The notes: generated from the sequence alone by a model not told the origin. Numbered from the whole stretch's first letter, positions 35,960-48,130 are shown. The stretch is 59,614 nucleotides of DNA, filler included, from Sphacelaria rigidula (GCA_964200075.2; 10 parts of 10 records of this genome joined end to end with filler, not necessarily neighbours in it), one strand, 5' to 3'. Program-made: numbers and translations.

Positions 35960-37187
35960 CTCTTTCCTCACGACCTCACGGCAAGCTTCCCAGCGTCTAG
36001 TCAGCTCTTGCCGGCGCAGGAAGTTGTACTGTCGGCTCAAGTTCGAGGCCCAAAACCCTGGTCCGACCACACTACAGAGGTGCGCCAGGGCCAGCCATTG
36101 AGCTTCGTCGAAGGACGTTGGGCGCAAAGTTCTTGCGAGCACTGTAGAAGAACCGATGGCGTTTCGTTTCTGTGCCGTGAGCGCTGTGACGGGACCCTTG
36201 GAATATTTGGCCCTGGTTGCTTCTGCTTTTGCTCTCCAATTACCGGTATACAAACCTGGATTTTCACTGCGTCCATCGTTAGCGCCTTGTTTAGTTCTGA
36301 TTGGCGGTGGGTTTGGCTGTGGGTGGTCAGTACCTCCAGCCAAGAAGGACTGTGGTTGCGTCTGTTCTGTCGGGTTTCTCGCCTCGAAAACATCCGCTTT
36401 TTGTTCTTCGGCTGTTTGCGGAGTAACGGTTACTTTTGTTCTAGATCCCCCCTGGTGTCTAGGTGTAGCAACCGCAGAGCCCATCTCGTCGACCGCGTAG
36501 TTTTCTTCCATATTTGTGCCGCCTCCGATACGTCTTCCTTCATTATTCATGTCTCCTCCGCTTCGCTCTTGTTCGCCGATCATGACCACTTGTTCATCCT
36601 CACCATTCAGCTGCTCTAGAACAATTGCACCATCATCGTCTTCTCCAACGGCTTCCTCGGACGATACTCCATCAAGCAAACTGCAAATGGCGTGTCGTGT
36701 ATTTGCGGGTAACGTTGCCTCACGCGGCGCATCTGGATCGAGGTACCACCGGCGCAAATCAAGAGCCCGGCTCACGTAGCATCGGTCCGTGCTCAGGCAG
36801 CGACGCCGCCAGGTCTCCACTGCGCTCCAAAATAATAGAGTGTTGTATGCCTGCCCGTGGCCCCACACTCTCACGATGTACGTCGACACTAGCTTGAAAC
36901 CGAATCCTATGTTGACGTCGACGTTTTTTCCGGTTTTTGAACTACCCTCGTGCTGCCCAAGGTTAGAAATAAGGAGGTGAAACCTAGCTATCTCTTCCCT
37001 GCCGAGCGTTGGGTGCCCTGCTTCCGCTGCAGGAACACATGTCGCTGCGTCTTTGTTGGATGTCAGAGCCGGAGCCGCCTCGGGCACTGAAATGGCCTGG
37101 GTGACAGCAGCACGAGCAAGATCGACATCATCACGGCTGTTGCTGTAGCTGCTGCTGTTGCTGCTGTTGTTGTCGTTGTCGTTGTCG

Positions 37188-37233
<46 letters not shown>

Positions 37234-38170
37234 CTTTGTCGTCGGCTTTGTCATCGTTGTTGTTGGTGGTGGTCGTGATGGCATCAGCAGAGGCGGCAGT
37301 GGTTTTGGCAATGCTTGACCCCACCATCGCCGATGAATGTGCCGCCCAGTGCTCCACGTAGTGCACGTCATACGTGAACGTTCTGCTGCAGCCGGGCGCG
37401 CAGCACCGGAGGGGCGGCGGGTTTCTGACATTGAAGTCATGCCCCGCAATCTCGCGCGCCAGCCCGACCTCGCGTGACATGATTCTGCGGCGGGCTTCTC
37501 GCTCCACAGCCGCGGTATTGCGAGGGTTGCCCGTCGCTGGTGTCGGCGCAACATATTTTCTCTTACCAGCGGCGTCCTTCATCGTCATACTAGCGTCCCC
37601 GCCAGCTTCAAGCGTCGTTTCCTGCAAACGGAGATCTTCGTCGCCAGTCGCCGGCACAGGCGTTTCCAGACTTCTGCTCACTCTGCTCGCGATGCTCCCC
37701 GCGCCACTGCTGCCATCGACGTCGAAAATATCATCATTGTCCAGTTGCCGAGCGTTCGACTCGGCGCTGTTGCTGTCAATGCCGGTGCCTATATTCGTGC
37801 CTGTACCTGTGCCAGTGCCTGGGGAAAGCTGAGGTTCAACACCTCCTCTCATGTTCGCGCCACGACTACCCTTGACGATCGCTTTTTCTGTCCTCTTGCC
37901 TCCGCCTCGGGCGAGGGATTCCAGCATCCCTCCAAGACCTTTGCCGATTTTTACCGTCGGAAATCCGCCGCCGCTACCGCCTGCTCCGTCGCCGCTCTCC
38001 TTTTTACTTTCTACTTCCGAGCCGTTGGTGTGGGCGTACGGAGAAGGTGTGCGGGGGCGGGGGCAGGAGGAGATTAAGCTGTGACCACGTTTCCATCCGG
38101 GAACGTCAAGTACTGTGGGCGCATTCACCTTTCCTCTTTTTCTCCGAATCCGCTGTACATGAGAAACCAT
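35960..38170 (-). CDS. Large exon of IQ/C2H2/RGS protein: C2H2-like finger, poly-Asn tract, split RGS domain
   Basis: Stop-free 2.2 kb, TATAG| acceptor and |GTGGGT donor; CCAPGCSRTFTYDVHYVEHWAAH; NTLLFWSAVETWR..ALDLRRWYLDPDAPREATLPANTRHAI; PTSFDEAQWLALAHLCSVVGPGFWASNL. Confidence 0.85.
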
Positions 38171-38449
38171 CTATACTTTTATGTGAAGCGCGGAGTACAT
38201 GGGTATGTTTGTCCGGGACGGTGATGCAGACGTTTACGCTGTACCCTGTGCAAGTACCAAAACGACACAAAAGCAAAGTACACACCCTGAAGTCGAGGTC
38301 GTTCCCTCACCCCCCTGTTTGCCTCCCCTTCAAGAGTTCGGATGGGTTGGCGGCGACGCTGTCAAACACGCCACTCATTTTGTTGAGCTACAAAACTAAG
38401 CTATCGGTATTTCCTTGTTGCTTTTATTTGCGGTAACCATGGCGTTAAT

Positions 38450-38812
38450 CGAGTTTGATCATATTGTGCGGGGTGGGAAAACCTGAACACCGCGCGAAAG
38501 GAGATGCTTGTTCTACGCAGTGTTCAAATGGTGAGACATCCATGAGGCAGTATCTAAGCCGTGACTGCCTCTGGAAGTAGTGATATCGAAAAATGAAGTA
38601 AATCGTTGGAGGCTGTGATCCATACGCAAAATAATCAGTACGCTTCGGGACGAGCAATCATAGCAGGCTTCATGCGGCTCGCCGAACATATCACGGTGCT
38701 TCGCGCTTGGTGATTGTGAGCCTGGTACGGAGAAAACCCGGCGTGCTCCGCCCCCACTTTGTTGGGATGCGATATCAATAGTATTATGACTATGGCATGC
38801 AAGATCATGAGC
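38450..38812 (-). repeat. Repeat family A, near full-length intronic copy
   Basis: Colinear with 2745-3125. Confidence 0.85.
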
Positions 38813-39008
38813 ACACACACCTTGTCTGCCTCTGTGTCTCTCGCCTATCTCTGTGTCCCTCGATCTTTTCGTTAAACGGCGCATGGGAAACCAATGGCAT
38901 GAACGCAGCACTATCTTCACCCTCAGTACGATTTAATCAATCCATTTCGCGTGGCATACCTTGATTCCTACCGACATGTCCACTGCCGCTAGCATCGCCC
39001 CCTCTCGC

Positions 39009-39431
39009 CTTCCTGGTATCAACCTCGGCAGCCTTCCACTCCTGCCTCACCGCCTTTATCTCTTGCCGAAGCTCCGCTGCCGCGTCTCGTCCACCCCCAT
39101 ATCCTCCTCCCCCTCTTCCCGAGTCATCATCACCGCTGAGGGCTGTACTTTTTGAGATTTCGAACCATCGCTTCCGCCACCCTCTAGTCACCATCCGCCG
39201 CGCTAATATTTCAGCGGTCCCCATCTCCTTCTGCAATCGCACCAAGCGTTGTCGTTCCTCCAATAGGCCGCCGGCAATCTCAGCGTCGCGTTCGAGTTGT
39301 ATGATATCCGCGGCGGCATGTTCATGGCCCGCGATGAGGGCCTTCCGGACGAACCGCCTGGCTTTTCGGCCGGGTATCAGGCGGTTAAAGCCTGCGATTA
39401 TCGTTCGCGTCGCTGCGTACCGCATTCTTCC
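39009..39431 (-). CDS. Exon of IQ/C2H2/RGS protein (helical, coiled-coil-like)
   Basis: CTCCAG| acceptor phase 0 continuing ARGYR-GRMRYAATR; donor uncertain (AAG|GCGAGA at 39009 keeps phase, GT at 38960 does not). Confidence 0.7.
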
Positions 39432-39902
39432 CTGGAGTGGTGTGGTTTTGATATTCGTGATGCATGGACACGGTACCCGTTTCAATGAAGGTGTGATGAT
39501 AGTGTGAAGCACTTTCATTAACAAAAAACAAAACCAAGACGGGAAAATGCGTGACCCTTTCTGAATGCTGGTGTTTTTGGCTTAGCAGAGGCTTTGTATG
39601 CATTGTAGCGCTCGCAGGAGTTGACAATGTACGGTCGGTGACACAGAGTGAATTGCTACTTTCTGGAAATATTTTCATAGTAGGGTTTACGTGGATGCGG
39701 TTTGTCAGTGGTCCACCGCTCTGCAGGATTATTGGTCAGCAACCCCACCGCCCCGCCGCGGGGGGTACTCCGTGCTCTTGTTCGCTCTGCGATGTTCACA
39801 ACCCCCCTATAACAAAGGCCATTGCGATCTTATATTTGAATCTGCAGCAACACCCAGAAAATGATCACGCCAAAGCGACAGATGGCGTGCACTCCATTTT
39901 AC

Positions 39903-40145
39903 CCGGTATCCCCGTGCGTGTCGCTGGATCGTGATGGCAGCCCTTCCCTGGTTCTTACTGCGCCGTGCCTCTTGCGTGTGTCGAATCCAACAATCGAGAG
40001 CAGGACGCCCGACCGCGCGAAAAAATAACCCACGAGCTCGCCTGGTGACTTCGACGTGTCTTTTCAACGAACAAAAGGCTTTGTAGGCGGGAAGGTGTTT
40101 CAGGGTCGACGCTGCCCGCTGGAGCTTGACCCTTTTATCCTCCAC
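39903..40145 (-). CDS. Exon of IQ/C2H2/RGS protein with IQ motif
   Basis: TTAG| to |GTAAAA, 243 bp phase 0; ends AAITIQRHARGYR (IQxxxRGxxxR). Confidence 0.85.
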
Positions 40146-40519
40146 CTAATTGCAACATGAAAAAGTGGAAGCGGGCCGCGAGATCAGCTGTTCGTTTGCT
40201 AAACATACGGTATGGGTAAATGTGCATGGAGGCCTGCGCGTGTTGAATCGCCGTGGTGGTTCGGTGCTCGGCGGTAAAAAACGCACAATGGTCGCAGTCC
40301 CGATCCATTCGGCAGATCGACGGGTCTTTGGTCTCTTCGGTGAATGGCATCCGACAGCCGTTACACGCCACGAGTATTCTGCTATGAAAATCGGATATTT
40401 ATAATCCGTCCGCATGGCCACTGTTATTCACCCACACAAAAGCTGTTCACGAGTCGTAACTCCATTGAGATCACCCCGCCACCCCTTGCTCCATACGGCA
40501 TCGGGGCAAAGAGACGCAC

Positions 40520-40604
40520 CGTTTCAACCGTCCACTCCGACCAGGTCGCGAAACAGATCCTCGTCCACCGTCCCTGTATTTCATCGAACCGTCGACGTAC
40601 CCAC
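40520..40604 (-). CDS. Small exon of IQ/C2H2/RGS protein
   Basis: TTCAG| to |GTGCGT, 85 bp, bridges phase 2 to phase 0; WVRRRFDEIQGRWTRICFATWSEWTVET. Confidence 0.7.
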
Positions 40605-41211
40605 CTGAACCGTTTTAACACCACCGGGTGGGGTGGTCGCATGGGGGGGGGAGGGATGAGGTGGGGGGTGGCTGATCTTCGAAGCGCGGGGCGCTGTAGA
40701 TTCGTTCCTCGTGGTTGCCTGGTAGGGGAAGTGTGAGCACACCAAATAAAGCACCACGTCCTTCACAGTCGAGCAGTTGCGGCCTCGCTCGAATATTTCC
40801 ACACTTTGGCGGCATAACGCACTCCAGACAGGAACGATGCCACTAGATTGTATAATTTTTCTCGAGCGACCGCGCATTATGCATTGCGTGCAATGGATGG
40901 GCGCTCGCATACATCAAATTCACGTCGTTTAACCGGGCCGGGACGGTGAGGGGTGACGCTCTCGCGCCCTTGCACGCGTCGCGCAAGAATCACAGGGAAA
41001 AAAAAAATGGGATGCCGCGTCTTGATGTACGACGTGAGATTTATATACGTCCAAAAGAGATCAAAACCACGAGGAGTTTCTCCCGTTTTTTGTCGAGAAA
41101 AGTCTCTCTCCGTGATAGAGTAAGGAACAACTGCTGTAGTGGTTGTAGAGGATCATCCACCCTCTTCGCCCGTGCCATGGTCTTCGTTCTCTGTGAATGA
41201 GAGGCCTGTAC

Positions 41212-41372
41212 CTGTTTATCCTCGTAAATTTTTGCCAAGATTGGAAGCACGGTCGGATGCAGGCCCTGCGGCCGTGCTTCACGCGCATACGGACAATGGG
41301 TCTCCATCTCTTGCGTACGCGGTATCCCCTCCACGCGGCCTGGAAGCCTACGCAGCCTCGGCGTTTGCGCGC
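41212..41372 (-). CDS. Exon of IQ/C2H2/RGS protein with IQ-like motif
   Basis: AACAG| to |GTACAG, 161 bp; GCVGFQAAWRGYRVRKRW..CFQSWQKF. Confidence 0.8.
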
Positions 41373-41702
41373 CTGTTGGTATATCCCAGTCATGTTTTGG
41401 TAGAGCGGTGGCAGTGACGTTGGTGGTGTTCTTATCGTTGTTTCGGAAACGGGTGTATTGTTGAGCCTGAGAATCACGCGCCGTGAGCAATCCCTTCATA
41501 TGAATATGTGCGCTTCTTCACCTCCTCCGCGAAAATTTCTTGCATGATGTTGTGTACGGAGTGTATAAATTCGATTGCCGCATATACGGTGTCCATGCCA
41601 TGCTAGAACGATCGAAACCCATGCGGCGTGTGGATCCGAGTGCGTACAGAAAGTAGCATGGGTGCATACGATACGTGCCCCCCCCCCCCCCCCCCCCCCC
41701 CC

Positions 41703-41802
41703 NNNNNNNNNNNNNNNNNNNNNNNNNNNNNNNNNNNNNNNNNNNNTTAATTAATTAANNNNNNNNNNNNNNNNNNNNNNNNNNNNNNNNNNNNNNNNNN
41801 NN
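41703..41802. other. Artificial contig spacer
   Basis: 44 N + TTAATTAATTAA + 44 N. Confidence 0.98.
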
Positions 41803-41912
41803 CGCCGATTTGAGGTCTGGCGACGCACTCTTCGCCTACGAAACATTCTGCACCCCCCTTGCCCGAGGGCTCTCGGTATGTCTTCGTTGGGGTTAGGGTT
41901 AGGGTTAGGGTT
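41803..41912 (+). repeat. Repeat family C with (TTAGGG)3
   Basis: CGCCGATTTGAGGTCTGGCGACGCAC..GCACCCCCCTTGCCCGAGGG..GGGGTTAGGGTTAGGGTTAGGGTT. Confidence 0.8.
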
Positions 41913-44196
41913 GGTGTTATTCGAAATTCATCAGCACCTGCACAAACCATGAATTTCCGAGAAATATCTGTCAACTACCGAGTGGTGAAGTCACCCCCAT
42001 GTTCAAGTTGTGATGAATTTATCCGCAATTGTAGGCTTCGTCGGAAATTGCTCCGTTACGCCGAGAGCTACACACAGGTAAATATGCTAGCACGGCTTCT
42101 TCTGTGTTCATGTCACCCCTGATTATTTTCATTATAGACGATTTTTCAAAAACCGTGCTAGCACAATAAGGAACAGCCTAGCTGCACACCTCCCCAAGTT
42201 CCCAGAGCAGACGTTTGCCGCTGGATCGCAGTCTAGTCTTTCTAGATGTTTTCCCCATCAAGCCGAGAGCTGTACAACTCGTGACTATTCACAGAGTAAG
42301 CTCTTGCTCCCCCTGGATTCGCCCATCCATCGCGGGCTGTTGCTGTGTTCATTTCGTCATGTTTCGTCATCATTTGTCATTTTCTTGTCGCCATCTGTTG
42401 CTTACAGACAGCTGCACCTGCGGACCGTCTTGCACGTGTGGAAGCGGGACGAAGTCTAGGAGGGTGTACGCCAACGCTGGGATCAGCGGGTGAGTCATCA
42501 CCTCCCAAAATAATGTTCCGAGGCGTGGCTTACAGAATCCCTCCTTCGCGAAGAGTAGCGCACCACCTCGCCATGTCATTTTTGTTATAACCCCTAGGCG
42601 AGAGTAGCCCATCTGGACCACGCATACTTCTTGAAGTGAAATATGAAGCCGATTGAACGGATAAGCTGTGCTCGCCGTCAAAGGGTTGACGTGGACATTG
42701 TTTAGAGACAAGCTACGATAGCCCTCAATTGCTGAACTGCGTACGTCGGTCGACAGATGTCGACAAGACAACAGTACTCTTGTTGTGCTCTCCCGGGTCT
42801 TACTTACGAAGAGTTCGTGTAAGACGGTTCTTCAGATGTGGAAGGTGGAGACACACCCGACAATAACTTTGTGCAACTGCGCCCTCTCCTGTGTCGAAGT
42901 ACTTGTGACTGCGGAAGTTATCACCGTGTTTTCGTACTTGCGGAAGTTATCACCGTGTTTTCGTACTTGGAGATGGGCCCCCTTTGAACGAGGCAGGAAT
43001 AGCACACCCTGGGAAAACTGTGGTCAATAGATGCAATAGACAAGAAGTGTAGTGAGTGGGTAAAGTATAGACCTATTGCAACTATTGTCGGCCGTCAATA
43101 ATTGCAGTAGGCCTATATTTGAGCCGGCACACGTTTGGTCTAATGAATCTATATTGACCATATATTGCCCACGGCGTGAGCGACAGGGACAACGCGCCGT
43201 AAGAGTGAGCGTGATCCTGTGATTCTGGAAGTCTTTTGTTTCTTGTTCTTCCCATTGGCAAAGAGCTCATGGGCAACCAGATGGAAGGACAAGAGGAGGA
43301 AAAATCATGGAAAACGCCAGGATCACTCTCAAGTCTCGGAGACGGTGCGTCGTCAATATCTTCGTGTTTGCTCCTCTTGTGAATCTGGAATAATTTATTG
43401 AATTTTCCTCGGCAAGCGTGTGCAAGGAAACGGTGCTAAATGCTACTAATCCCGAACTCAAGATAGAGGCGGTACATCGCCTCCGTCTCGAGTAGCATTT
43501 CTGGTGCCCCTTGTGCACCGCACGCCCCATGAAAATATTATACTTGTTTGCGTATGAACGCAAGAAAGCGCATTCTGCTATCCTACAAGGTGACCACGAT
43601 ACTACTTCCCCGCTGGGTGGGAGGGATGGGAAACGAAATCGCCTGCTGCGTTGCTCGACGATTTTGTTGAGTGCAAGCCGTACTGTACTGTTGTCACAAC
43701 TCCTTTTCCCGACTACGCTGAATCCAATTCTTGCTTCGCTGTAATCCGGCAGCTTGATCCGTTACACTGGAACGATTCGTACCGATACACAAACCGCAGA
43801 TCCCGCTACGCTCCGATCCTTCACTTTGGTGGCAACAGACCCCTGGGCGATCTCTTAGCACACATCATTTTCCCATCATGTAGTGCGGTGGAGAACGAAA
43901 ATTCCGATCTAATATAGGTGGTGATTTCAACCATCTTCAAAAATAGTATTCTACGATACGAGTAGTTGGAATCACAGCCCAATAGATCAAAGTTTTCCTT
44001 TTTCACCGCACATTTTCGACCGAAGAATTTTGTGCTCAAGACACGCCCTTACCCCAGTTCGTCGCCGCAAAATCATTGTTAGAACATACCTGATTTAGTG
44101 TTTCCAACACGTGACATTAGATTTTTAGTGGGATCGACAGTCCAGAGTGCTTCCGACGTACGCAGGACGTGTTTGTTTGTCCTCATCGGGGCCTAT

Positions 44197-44328
44197 GCCA
44201 CCGGTTTGAGGTCTGCCAACGCACACTTTGCCTACAGCACCCTTTCGTGCCCCCTTGCTCGAGGGTTCTCGTTATGTCGTGCGTGGGGTTTGAGGTTTGC
44301 GTTGGGGTTGGGGTTGGGATCGGGGTCA
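44197..44328 (+). repeat. Repeat family C, degenerate GGGTT tail
   Basis: GGTTTGAGGTCTGCCAACGCACACTTTGCCTAC..GCCCCCTTGCTCGAGGG..GGGGTTGGGGTTGGG. Confidence 0.75.
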
Positions 44329-47300
44329 AGGTTTAAAGTAAAAAACCTGCGTCGACCACGGATTTGCGTCGACGAACTGGGGTGGACCCCCTCTATGGGC
44401 TACTGCTCTGATGGCCCAGTTCGCGGACACTTGCCATCGTACAAGGTGGATCCCCCATTCATCCGCGTGCTACGTGTGTTGGCGAAACCCGCGCGGGTCG
44501 CTTCGATGCCACCACAGTAACTTGCTCCGACTGAAAGATCAAACCAATCTCATCCACTGTTGAATATCTTGATGCGACTTGTTATTGCTTTTGCTTCCTT
44601 GTTTCGTGCTGCTGTTACCGTCTTTCGCTGCTCTTGGTCGGTTGCAGACCTCAGTGCGATTGCCCAGCGGATTGCGCCTGCAGCTGCGACTGCCACAAGA
44701 AATGATGTGGGGCTGAGAGAGGGATATGGACGAATGCCTGCCGTGTCGTACTCGTAGTTGACCGGAGATTTCACAGCTTCCCCTCCCCTGGTCGGTGGGA
44801 AATAATTCAGCCTCGGTTTTGTCTTGTTGAGAGAAGCAGGTTCCGCGATGCTGAACTAAGTTAATTTTTTTTTTCACTTATCACAAAGATATCGACCAGG
44901 ATATGTATCTCGAACGGGTAATTTTTCGGCGGTTTCGTGGCCGCTCTAGTACGACCAAGAAATTGAGATTTGAAGGGAAACTAAATTGATCAGCAGGGGG
45001 TGATCTACAACTCCCAGTCGCCTACGCGGTACACTTGAGAGCGGAAGTTCGGCGGCGACACATGGTAACACACCCGCCAGCTTGTGGCAGTTTTATGACA
45101 GTTTTTTGTTTCCATGATACGCTTCATGTCGAATGGAGCAAGATTTATAGGAAAAGATCGTCTGTCGGCGTTGGGAGGGGGGCGAAGGTCGACACGGTAC
45201 CGATGTAAGTATCCCTCGCCTGGCGATAATAACAACGAACGCCTACTGCCGGTACGTGATGTGGGGGGCAGACCCCCGGAGGCGATCTAGAGGAGGAGAA
45301 ATGTGCGTGGACAGAAGAAATATGTTCCGTCTACCCGAAATTCCCTTCGACGATGAAACTGTGCTTCCATCTCCGTGTGTCTTCGGCCGTTAGTTTTAGC
45401 TTCGTTTTTGATATTTTCACAGAAGAAAATGGCGTACCACAGATGTAGTAACCACTTTATGTCGGAGGCGGGTGGTGGAGATTGTCCAGAGATGCATGTG
45501 TATATGCAGGGGGGGGTGGGGGGGTAGCTGATGCCAACAAAGTGTATGTACTGTTGTGTACGTCGAGAAGAGAAACGTGACGCCCGACTCCGATTGGACG
45601 AAAGTCAAGCTCGCTGAACCCGATTTTTTTGCCGTCATACTACGATACTTTTTACTCTTCTTCATCATTGCCAAGTGCCTCCCGTTCCCGGGGTCGAGGG
45701 AATCACTTACATACATGTAGCTATCACTGCTTATCCTATAAGGGAGCGGAGGGTTAGGGGGGTGTTTGGGACACTCGTACGACTGATGATGTTCTGATGA
45801 TACAAGCAGGACATATCTTGAAAAATGGGAGCTGAGCATATTCCGTACCACAAACGAGTTGCTTCTCTTCTTGTGTGTGCCGTCCAAGGGGTTTGCTCTT
45901 TCAGTTGCGTTGGGCACAACTATTTGACAGGGGGTTCCTTAGCGCCGAGTGTGTAGCGGTGAAGATGGAAGGAATCAGGGCCGCGTGTAGGTGGGGAGTG
46001 AGTGCGATCGGATTACGCTCATACGCTCGCGTGCCTTGTAGTAGGCGGGAGTGATCGTAGGGAGGGGATGTTGGGACATTGTCTCCCCTCATGGTGGTTC
46101 CATTGCATGTATTTGTGTCATTGTGGTCTTTTTTTGAGAGGTGGAGCCAGTGATAAGACAACATATGACGACAAACAACGTTTTCGTGCGATTGAGAGTA
46201 GAGCGCTGATTGAGAGTGGCTTGGGTCATTCGCTTTAACTCGGTCATTTTTTCATCCCGTGTGCGCTCTCCTTCGCCCCCATTACTAGCGTGTGCCTACA
46301 GCTACACGTCGATATCCTACTCAGGGGTATCAAGGGCCTCAGTGGCAAGCTACCACAGGAAGCATATTGGGCCTCGTGGGGGGGGTATTTCGAACCTGAA
46401 ACGATTTATTCACTAATTGACCGCTGGTCACTCTCAATCGTATCCTCTATTCTCAATCTCACGAAAATAATATTGACAATGTCGGAGGAAAAAATGACCT
46501 TTAGGTGCTTGCTCTGCGCTGGGAGATCACGACATGTCTTTGTGATACCCCTAAGAACAACTAGGGCTGGTGCTGTTGCCTGCTATTTCTTGTCTGGCGT
46601 TGTGCTGCGCCCTGTTATTATTACTGTGAACATGCACAAGAAGGCACGGTTTTGCACAAAAGATAAGCTTCTGTTCTGCTACAAGATACAACACAGAAGT
46701 TACTCCAAAATGACGAAGCCTACTACTACTTCAGCTTCGACGAGCACCACCGGCTATCAATGCCCGCACCCGCGCTTCAGAGCAGAATATCGTCTACTAC
46801 TGTACACTCCCGTGAAGCACGTCAAAGGCCTCAAGTTAGCACCATTAGTACATCCGACGGGGTTCGGTGAGTTTCGACCACAGTTGGAACATGATCCGCA
46901 AACGCACGATGATTCGATCAGTACTCGTGTACATGCAAACGACCGACAACGACGAACCGAAACGACTGTGTCCGTACCAGCCCATCTTTTCGGGAAGAAA
47001 TACCGCTGACTGCTGGGGCAGGGCGCACGGCACGTGTTACAGTAGCTACCAGTATACGTTCGGTTGACAAGGCGAAATAGGCCGCGACGAGAAATATTAT
47101 CAAAAAATATTTTGACAACATAACCCTCCTGTGGAGTAAACACTCGAGATTTCCTGAGGCGTGGGTGGAGTCTCGTTACGGTCCTTGCTGCGGACGTTGT
47201 ACAGCAATCACCTCGCGTTGACCGTGAATCTTTCTGATGCGTGCATCCCACGTACGTGATGAAACTCAGTCCTGGGACTGGCCTGGGCTGCGACGCTTGG

Positions 47301-47673
47301 GCTGCCACGCACCGCTGTGACAGATTCCCCCACCACGCCGAGAGAATGACGCCACAAGATAGTGCGATGGACGGTGACGGTGGGTGACGAAAACTTTCAG
47401 CCAAGAATCGCTCGTCAACTGGTTCTAAATTTTCGATGTTGGTCCAAATCAGTGAGCTCAAATGGGGTACAGGGGTACTCAACGATACCACCGTGTACTG
47501 TACAGCGATGCAACAAATGACAGTGGATCCTGGAGAATGGGGTCCATCTCAAAAATAAGATTGAAGTGGCATTTCTTTTTTGCAGGGATGACGCGAAACA
47601 CCTACGACCGAGCGAAGCCATCCCCCCCCCCATAATGTCCGCAGCAGTTAAACAGCTGTGGCTAGGTGCACCT

Positions 47674-47773
47674 NNNNNNNNNNNNNNNNNNNNNNNNNNN
47701 NNNNNNNNNNNNNNNNNTTAATTAATTAANNNNNNNNNNNNNNNNNNNNNNNNNNNNNNNNNNNNNNNNNNNN
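47674..47773. other. Artificial contig spacer
   Basis: 44 N + TTAATTAATTAA + 44 N. Confidence 0.98.
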
Positions 47774-47825
47774 AGGGATGCGAGGTCAATGGTCTGATGA
47801 CTATGGCATGCATGATCATGAGTAC
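47774..47825 (-). repeat. Repeat family A terminus at contig start
   Basis: AGGGATGCGAGGTCAATGGTCTGATGACTATGGCATGCATGATCATGAGTAC. Confidence 0.9.
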
Positions 47826-48029
47826 TACTGTAGATCCCACCTGCCTAAGTACCTTGGTAGATCTCGCATGTCTCGCATCGCCCTCTCAAGATTTGTAGCG
47901 GGCGTGAAACTCAGAGCGGCTGATGACTGCTAGCATCTGGACCAATGGACGGCTATACGGTGCTGTGATGTGCTGTGCTGTGCGGTGCTGCCATACTTGT
48001 AGTGGTCATCCCTCATCCTCCTCCCACCC

Positions 48030-48130
48030 GAGCCTGTCCTGGCGAAAACCCGGCGTGTTCCGTCCCGCCTTTGTGGGGATGCGAGATCAAGGGTCATATG
48101 ACGACTGCGGCATGCAAGATCATTAGTACA
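48030..48130 (-). repeat. Repeat family A, diverged truncated copy
   Basis: GGCGAAAACCCGGCGTGTTCCGTCCC..GGATGCGAG..GGCATGCAAGATCATTAGTACA. Confidence 0.8.

Noticed and set aside
40742..40843. Alternative phase-compatible exon GIVPVWSALCRQ..VLYL in the IQ/RGS gene
   Set aside because: The 40520-40604 exon has a better donor and matches the Trp-periodic pattern; not excluded without RNA data
42910..42967. 29-bp perfect direct repeat (and a 17-bp one near 19173) as a CRISPR-like array
   Set aside because: Two adjacent copies with no spacers; simple local duplications in eukaryotic DNA
42200..47640. ORFs up to 244 aa in contig 8 as a gene or transposase
   Set aside because: No recognisable motif or consistent exon chain; may be decayed element sequence but cannot be supported
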